In this document: one piece after another, positions 58,981 to 64,000 of the stretch
Layout of the letters: each line of letters opens with the position of its first letter
How positions within the stretch are numbered: position 1 is the stretch's first letter
Source: a virus
DNA: 64,000 nucleotides
Direction: 5' to 3' (one strand)
IMG/VR virus record: IMGVR_UViG_3300032242_000818
Coordinates: 100,718 to 164,717 of that record
Made by a program: the position numbers and the translations under genes
The notes under the pieces: model-generated
Databases searched by the model: none
Told to the model about the DNA's origin: nothing
What the model saw: the letters and a program-made list of their open reading frames with translations, nothing else

Positions 58981-59589
58981 TTAATCTAACTCTTCAACAA
59001 AATGTGTAAATATCTTACGTAGTTTTTCTTTATCGTATTTAACGAAACCAATCAACTTCTTGATTCGTAATAATTCATTACTCCATATATGTTGCACAGT
59101 TGGATTATCAAGCCAGTGTTCAACGATATGATCAAGTTCATTCACAATCACTAAAGTTTCGATTGAAATTTTACCACCAAGAAACAGTTTTAATGCAGCT
59201 GGGTATTCATTAAAATTAAAATCAAAGATACTAGAAGTTGGTAACTTATTTATCTCAACATAAGTCAATAAAGACGCTAGATCATCAATAAAGATTTTAG
59301 TGATACTTTGTTTACGTCTATTCCATTCTGCTAGATTATCATCTGCTTCTTGCCCTGCATAAATGGCTGACTCGTTACCATAAGCAAAATTTGCAACAAA
59401 GAACTGAATGATATCACGATCGTTGCCAATCTTTCTTGCCAACTTCTCAAATATATATCTGTCATTTCTTGCCTCAAATGCCTCACGAGATCCTTTAACA
59501 TTTCCTCTATTTTCAAAGACGTTAAATTTTTCAGAGGTGAAGTGCAATTTCAATGCAAGATAATAACGATATGCTTTAAATCCGTCCAC
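58981..59589 (-). CDS. gp59: Helicase loader gp59
   Basis: YRYYLALKLHF, RNDRYIFEKL, ISIETL; next to gp32/gp33. Confidence 0.9.
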   Translation of the reverse strand: MDGFKAYRYYLALKLHFTSEKFNVFENRGNVKGSREAFEARNDRYIFEKLARKIGNDRDIIQFFVANFAYGNESAIYAGQEADDNLAEWNRRKQSITKIFIDDLASLLTYVEINKLPTSSIFDFNFNEYPAALKLFLGGKISIETLVIVNELDHIVEHWLDNPTVQHIWSNELLRIKKLIGFVKYDKEKLRKIFTHFVEELD

Positions 59590-59770
59590 TTAATTTCTTC
59601 CTACATGCGTTTTTAACTTCAACAGGAAAGTCTGGTGAAATCTCAGCAATAGAACAATCATAACGAATATACCTATCTTCTCTTTTATCTGCCATTCTAG
59701 CAAATGAAATTATTACAACAAGAAATAAAATTGATACTATTGGTGGTATCAAATAAACAATTCTAGACAT
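59576..59770 (-). CDS. Small membrane-anchored protein
   Basis: N-terminal TM helix, YDCSIAEISPDFP..VK.AC. Confidence 0.6.
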   Translation of the reverse strand: MSRIVYLIPPIVSILFLVVIISFARMADKREDRYIRYDCSIAEISPDFPVEVKNACRKKLSGRI

Positions 59771-59978
59771 CTAGTTTTGCTCTTTTAGGTAGATAATTTT
59801 CATCTTGAAAATTTACCTCAAGTTTATCTTTGAGAGATTTATTTACAAGTTTAGCAATATCCTGTGGTTCAATAAAGTTTTCTTTACAATACTGAAGAAC
59901 AGCATCCATATAAGAGATATTGTTATCACGAACAATTTGCTCAATATGCATGGAAAAATCATTAGACGATTTAAACAT
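59763..59978 (-). CDS. gp33: Late transcription coactivator gp33
   Basis: FSMHIEQIV, YMDAVLQYC, LKDKL, NYLP; likely start MFKS. Confidence 0.88.
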   Translation of the reverse strand: MFKSSNDFSMHIEQIVRDNNISYMDAVLQYCKENFIEPQDIAKLVNKSLKDKLEVNFQDENYLPKRAKLDV

Positions 59979-60183
59979 TTTTCTTGATCCAGTATTCAGT
60001 ATTGCGAATCTCTTGACACAATTTATTATACTCGCCTGACTTTTGTTTATAGAGTTTCCAAATAGGGGTGTTTGATTTTTCAGGATCCATTTGCTTATCA
60101 AATTTATCTAGATACATCGTAAAGAATTTATCTAGTTTCATTTTTTCAATTAAGAGTTCTTGGCGTCGTGTTTTGTAATCCAT
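59971..60183 (-). CDS. Small hypothetical protein (probably leaderless)
   Basis: KMKLDKFF..YLDK, PIWKLY; ATG 6 nt after TATAAT. Confidence 0.65.
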   Translation of the reverse strand: MDYKTRRQELLIEKMKLDKFFTMYLDKFDKQMDPEKSNTPIWKLYKQKSGEYNKLCQEIRNTEYWIKKNV

Positions 60184-60189
60184 AATATT

Positions 60190-60218
60190 ATTATACTTTA
60201 TTTTAAGTTAAAAGTCAA
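60190..60218 (-). promoter_or_regulatory. Sigma70-like early promoter
   Basis: TTGACT-17 nt-TATAAT. Confidence 0.75.
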
Positions 60219-60219
60219 A

Positions 60220-60567
60220 TCAATTTCTTCGCATAGTTGCGATTTCTAGTGCTTCTTGATCAGAGAAAACTGGAACTGCATTTGACTTATGCATAGTACC
60301 AATACCTTTGATTTTATCGCCTGTATAAACTGGATTTGGTTTTAACGCACATGGTCCACCAGTGAATGGAAGACTCGGAATCTTAGGTGTCTCACGACAA
60401 GCAGGTTTTCCAAGTGAGTATACCTCGCTGAGTGATTGTGGTTTTGAAACAATCGTCTTTGCTGGATACTTCTTTTTTAACGCTTCCCAACTTGCATCTA
60501 ACTCACGTTGTTTTGCGTTGGGCTTACGTTTCTTTGATTTTCCTGGCGATGTAAAAATCATTTGCAT
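60220..60567 (-). CDS. Conserved T4-like basic hypothetical protein
   Basis: YTG..IKGIGTMHKSNAVPVF motif; likely start MQMIF. Confidence 0.7.
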   Translation of the reverse strand: MQMIFTSPGKSKKRKPNAKQRELDASWEALKKKYPAKTIVSKPQSLSEVYSLGKPACRETPKIPSLPFTGGPCALKPNPVYTGDKIKGIGTMHKSNAVPVFSDQEALEIATMRRN

Positions 60568-60601
60568 AATGTAGTCATCAAAAGTAGTTAACACAGTATA
60601 T

Positions 60602-60630
60602 ATTATACCCCAATTCAAAATAAAAGTAAA
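60602..60630 (-). promoter_or_regulatory. Sigma70-like early promoter
   Basis: TTTACT-17 nt-TATAAT. Confidence 0.7.
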
Positions 60631-60663
60631 GGGATATTTTGTAATCCCCTCAACTTTATAGGG

Positions 60664-60873
60664 TTATTTCGCCTTTGCAGCGTATACGGTACACATAGTA
60701 TTTTGAGGAGAATAAGCACATTTTACTGCAACAGGATCGATTCCCTTAACAATTGCAGATTCAATATTACGCTCCATAGATTTTAATTCTGCGTATTGAT
60801 TATGAGCCATCGCACCAATTAAAGTAATTATACCAATAGTTACTGCAATAATAAATGTTTTTTCATTACTCAT
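60664..60873 (-). CDS. Small membrane protein
   Basis: AGGAG RBS before MSNEK; TM helix; KGIDPVAVKCAY. Confidence 0.65.
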   Translation of the reverse strand: MSNEKTFIIAVTIGIITLIGAMAHNQYAELKSMERNIESAIVKGIDPVAVKCAYSPQNTMCTVYAAKAK

Positions 60874-60899
60874 AGTTTCTCCTTTTTTACGATCGTAAT

Positions 60900-61091
60900 C
60901 TACCATGATCCATCATCCAATACTGCTCTAACAGTTACTGGACCGATATTTAAATAAAATCCATAGTATGCTGGATCCATATCAGTTGGTGTTTGAAAAG
61001 ATCCACCAACTCTCCAGTGATATGGATTTAGTGCAAAACTAATCCATACTCCAGAATATTTGCAGTAATCAAGCAAGGTCTTTAATGTCAT
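60900..61091 (-). CDS. Small hypothetical protein
   Basis: YSGVW...NPYHWR...DDGSW; likely start MTLK. Confidence 0.55.
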   Translation of the reverse strand: MTLKTLLDYCKYSGVWISFALNPYHWRVGGSFQTPTDMDPAYYGFYLNIGPVTVRAVLDDGSW

Positions 61092-61626
61092 CGCATAATC
61101 CCAATTTCTTTGCTTCAATTGCGCTTAACCAAATATCTTGAGGTGGCAATAATACCTCACGAATCTTCGCTTCAGATAATCCAGTACACTTCTTATAATG
61201 CGCAATCATTTTCTTTGTAGTTAAATCAAACTCTTTAACTTGCGCAAATAATTCATGCTCTTTACCAAACGCACCCCATGAATATTGATGACTCAAGATA
61301 GAAGTATTTGGAGTAAGTAAACGATGACCTTTTGCACCAGCAATAAAAATCATAAGACCAGCAGAAGCAACTTGCCCAAGACCAATTGTTCTAACTGGAA
61401 TTGCAGAACCTTTTATCGTATCAATTAATGCAAATGCAGCATTAAGATCACCACCTGGACTTGTAATAATTAAATTAAGTAACTCAGGTGGTTCTTCAGA
61501 AAAGTTTGCTTCAAAAATCCACTCAACAGCAGTCTTAACACTAGTCAGCGTTATTTCTTCCATCAAGAGCATAAAAGAATGTCTTGAATGTTCTTCCTTC
61601 AGCTGCAGATTCATTTTTGTCATCAT
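61069..61626 (-). CDS. clpP: ClpP-family serine protease
   Basis: ITSPGG, GQVASAG (Ser), LSHQ (His), QDIWLSAIEAKKLGLCD (Asp). Confidence 0.92.
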   Translation of the reverse strand: MMTKMNLQLKEEHSRHSFMLLMEEITLTSVKTAVEWIFEANFSEEPPELLNLIITSPGGDLNAAFALIDTIKGSAIPVRTIGLGQVASAGLMIFIAGAKGHRLLTPNTSILSHQYSWGAFGKEHELFAQVKEFDLTTKKMIAHYKKCTGLSEAKIREVLLPPQDIWLSAIEAKKLGLCDDIKDLA

Positions 61627-62137
61627 AGTATTTACCACTTTCTTTATAAAAAATATGTCTACCAATTACGGTAGTCTTTTCGAGTTTCCATCTTGGATTA
61701 ACGTAATCTGCGTGATAGTATAACGCACCTTTTGTTATGTCTTTTAGATTTTCATAGTTAGCATAAACATAAACTGCCACATTCTTAGCATCTTCATAAA
61801 CATCTCTGTTTCGTATAGAAACATTTTGGCAGAACCACGAAAACTGACAAACTGAAGTTGTCTTTTGTTTAACAACTCCGCATATATCTTTTGGGAATCT
61901 AGGATCCTGAGTCCTATTGAGTGTAACAAGAGCAACTGCTTCTTTACCTTCTCTGGCTTCATAACCAGCCTCATGGTAAATATTTTGAGCAAGGCAATCG
62001 ATTTGTTTTTGAGTTTCTTTAGTTAGTTGATTATAACTTACATCGAGTAGAATAGAATCTGAAAACGCATTCTTTGTTAATAATATAATACTGAATAACA
62101 ACAATAATATTGGTATGTATATACGATATGTACGCAT
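61541..62137 (-). CDS. SleB/Hydrolase_2 cell wall hydrolase with N-terminal signal/anchor
   Basis: CLAQNIYHEA, VTLNR, ICGVV, QFSW, GALYYHADYV, IGRHIFY; AAGGAG RBS before MRTY. Confidence 0.9.
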   Translation of the reverse strand: MRTYRIYIPILLLLFSIILLTKNAFSDSILLDVSYNQLTKETQKQIDCLAQNIYHEAGYEAREGKEAVALVTLNRTQDPRFPKDICGVVKQKTTSVCQFSWFCQNVSIRNRDVYEDAKNVAVYVYANYENLKDITKGALYYHADYVNPRWKLEKTTVIGRHIFYKESGKYYDDKNESAAEGRTFKTFFYALDGRNNAD

Positions 62138-62149
62138 ATGTTCTCCTTT

Positions 62150-62179
62150 AAAAGAAGGCAGGTGCGCGAACACCTGCCC
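62150..62179 (-). terminator. Rho-independent terminator-like hairpin
   Basis: GGCAGGTG-TTCGCG-CACCTGCC followed by TTCTTTT. Confidence 0.7.
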
Positions 62180-62188
62180 AATTCCCTA

Positions 62189-62473
62189 TCAGGTGGACTT
62201 TTTGCTAGTAGTCTTTGTATCTAGTGGGATGTTTGAAACATTTGAAACAAAACCATTAAGGGTTTGAGCCTTGGCAATTATTTCTGTTTCGGATGGGTAG
62301 GCTGGAAATCCTGGATGTTCAGGTAACTCGCCACCATTGATTTTAGCAACTTCAAGTTTTGCATGCCAACTATTGCTAATTACTTCACGCTTACCGTAAT
62401 ATTCATCGTTAAGCATGTCTTTCGCCATTTTTAGTAGTTCAAGGCGAATCTCGAACGGAGTCATGTTAGACAT
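62189..62473 (-). CDS. Conserved T4-like hypothetical protein
   Basis: TPFEIRLELLKMAKDML...YPSE.EII.KA..LNGFVS; CTAAATA at 62543-62549 upstream. Confidence 0.75.
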   Translation of the reverse strand: MSNMTPFEIRLELLKMAKDMLNDEYYGKREVISNSWHAKLEVAKINGGELPEHPGFPAYPSETEIIAKAQTLNGFVSNVSNIPLDTKTTSKKST

Positions 62474-62555
62474 AAATGTCCCTTTCTGTGTTGTGTGTAA
62501 AAATGAAGGTTTTATTGGGAACCTACAACCCACTGTATCTATTATTTAGGAAGAA

Positions 62556-62744
62556 TTATTTCTTCTCTTCAGCTTTTTTCTTTGGAGTTGGTTTTGGTGA
62601 CTTTGGAGCAGGTGGGCAATTACCTTTCTTATCCTTAGTTACACAATTTGGTTGATCTTTTGCTGGTTCAGCTGCATATGTAGCAGTCTCAAAACAAACT
62701 ACTGACCAAATTAAAATATTAAAAGCAATTAAAAATTTTTTCAT
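62556..62744 (-). CDS. Small secreted peptide with CX8C and Pro/Lys tail
   Basis: MKK + hydrophobic signal-like segment ending TYA; mature part NCVTKDKKGNC. Confidence 0.6.
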   Translation of the reverse strand: MKKFLIAFNILIWSVVCFETATYAAEPAKDQPNCVTKDKKGNCPPAPKSPKPTPKKKAEEKK

Positions 62745-63262
62745 TTTTTGTCCCTTATGAAATTAAAAGTTACTTCAGGATAATCATTTTGGAGTTTATC
62801 CCAGTTCAACCTCCAATTTACTATTCGTTGTTGTTCAGAATCTGGATTAAAATCATACACCAACGTATTAGTAAAACTCTCAACAGTATCCTCGAACATT
62901 GAGTCAACCCCAAATATATCAAGTTCTGTGTAATCATTTTCGCACATAACCAATGCAGCAACATGACCAGCAGAATAAAATTCAGGATAGTCTGGCATCA
63001 AATCAATAAACAGATTATTGTCAATTATATAGTTTCTAAACCGAATCTCATCAGCAGTACGCCATGCTCTAGTTGTAAAAAAAGCTGGACAAGAAATCAG
63101 TTTAGGATCTCCTACCCAGCGATGTATTACATTACCATCAAGTATAACTGTAGAATTAACTTTAGTCCAAGGTATATTACAACCAATAGTATAATTATAC
63201 TTTAAATTTTCATTAAAAGCAAATCTACTTGGACCATTGCAAACTACTGCAGCCTTCATCAA
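62741..63262 (-). CDS. Sialyltransferase-like (GT42/GT29-like Rossmann fold) protein
   Basis: AVVCNGPS, IGCN, SAGHVA...LDIFGVD resemble Cst-II-type GNGPS and SG...GID motifs. Confidence 0.55.
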   Translation of the reverse strand: MMKAAVVCNGPSRFAFNENLKYNYTIGCNIPWTKVNSTVILDGNVIHRWVGDPKLISCPAFFTTRAWRTADEIRFRNYIIDNNLFIDLMPDYPEFYSAGHVAALVMCENDYTELDIFGVDSMFEDTVESFTNTLVYDFNPDSEQQRIVNWRLNWDKLQNDYPEVTFNFIRDKK

Positions 63263-63826
63263 TTAGAACGAACGAGTGTAAGCAACGTAAGTAGTGTTAT
63301 TAGCACCATCACCACGTAGGCGATCGTAACCAACAGTAACTTTATCTTTTGCAGTTACATTGTAACCTAGTGCATAACGCATTGTGCGCGATTGATCAGC
63401 GTTGGCATCACCTTGGTATGCATCACGATAACGCAATGCTACACGAGCAGTAATATCACCAAACTTAGCATTAACACCTGGCTCCAAAGAATAGTATGTA
63501 AAATCATTTACACCAGACTTTTGTTTAATACCAGTAGCAACACGTAGGTCAGCAGCAACAACAGAAGTTAATTCATACTTGCCAGTTAAACCTGCTTCAT
63601 AACGATTTGTAACAGCATTTGTTGTATCACCAACTGTGGTATAAATACCAGCGTCTACTGCGAATGTATCATTGATAGCAGTTTTTGCTGCAAAATTAAC
63701 GATATGATTTTGTGCTGTATTTGGAACCAAAGGTTGAACACCCCAAGTTGCCGTTACTGAAGACTGAGCAGAAGCAACACCTGCGAAAGCAAGCAAAGTT
63801 GCTAGAAGAACAATTTTAATTTTCAT
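63263..63826 (-). CDS. Small outer-membrane beta-barrel protein
   Basis: Signal peptide ending ASA, alternating amphipathic beta strands, C-terminal Phe (YTRSF). Confidence 0.75.
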   Translation of the reverse strand: MKIKIVLLATLLAFAGVASAQSSVTATWGVQPLVPNTAQNHIVNFAAKTAINDTFAVDAGIYTTVGDTTNAVTNRYEAGLTGKYELTSVVAADLRVATGIKQKSGVNDFTYYSLEPGVNAKFGDITARVALRYRDAYQGDANADQSRTMRYALGYNVTAKDKVTVGYDRLRGDGANNTTYVAYTRSF

Positions 63827-63847
63827 TTATAATACCCTTTTAAGTTA

Positions 63848-64000
63848 AATGGTAGGTTATTCTGTTACGAGGAAACCTACCGAAACCCTAAGCAGTGTTT
63901 AGGCTGCTAATGCGAACTGTGCGTCGTTTGCGTTTACGTTGTTTTAGTTTTTACATCTACTCTGATGAGTTGTCCACTTCTGTACTTGTTGCCCTGTCGA
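63848..64000 (-). ncRNA. ssrA: tmRNA coding piece (5' end outside window), probably two-piece/permuted
   Basis: TCGAC at window edge, PK1-like CATC/GATG + AGT/ACT (63946-63967), tag GCA AAC GAC GCA CAG TTC GCA TTA GCA GCC TAA = ANDAQFALAA (63899-63931), stop codon in AGCAG/CTGCT hairpin loop. Confidence 0.88.

Noticed and set aside
59763-62533. Long N-terminal extensions in the ORF track (gp33 to 60101, 60618, 60906, 61665, 62173, 62533; also uvsW 2407, 41732, gp4 52417)
   Set aside because: They overlap neighbours, promoters or terminators; downstream ATGs have better RBS or match family starts
1-64000. Alternative genetic code
   Set aside because: Core genes translate full length in the standard code and use TAA, TAG and TGA stops
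63827-64000. tRNA gene at right edge
   Set aside because: No cloverleaf, T-loop or CCA; the sequence is explained by the tmRNA coding piece

Overview
64 kb from a T4-like myovirus (cyanophage/freshwater-type gene order) that probably infects a Gram-negative, likely proteobacterial, host. Most genes are on the minus strand. It holds nearly the whole virion module (gp55 partial, uvsW, uvsY, gp3, gp23-gp13, a large block of fibre genes, gp8/7/6/25/PAAR/gp5/gp53/gp48). A plus-strand block follows (gp4, gp2, gp54-like, holin, relocated gp16, gp26, gp51, tape-measure-like), then gp32/gp59/gp33 and an accessory region (ClpP, SleB-like hydrolase, sialyltransferase-like protein, outer-membrane beta-barrel). 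Most notable: (1) a late-expressed three-gene cassette inside the fibre block, made of a fibre ending in CNCNCNC, an unknown protein and a radical SAM/SPASM maturase, which suggests RiPP-style modification of a virion fibre tip; (2) an unannotated, apparently circularly permuted tmRNA (tag ANDAQFALAA) at the right edge, 2.3 kb from a phage ClpP; (3) a probable -1 frameshift at gp26/gp51 just upstream of the tape measure gene; (4) a gp5 carrying both a GH19 and an M15 peptidase domain. All calls come from motif recognition by eye; no database searches were run.
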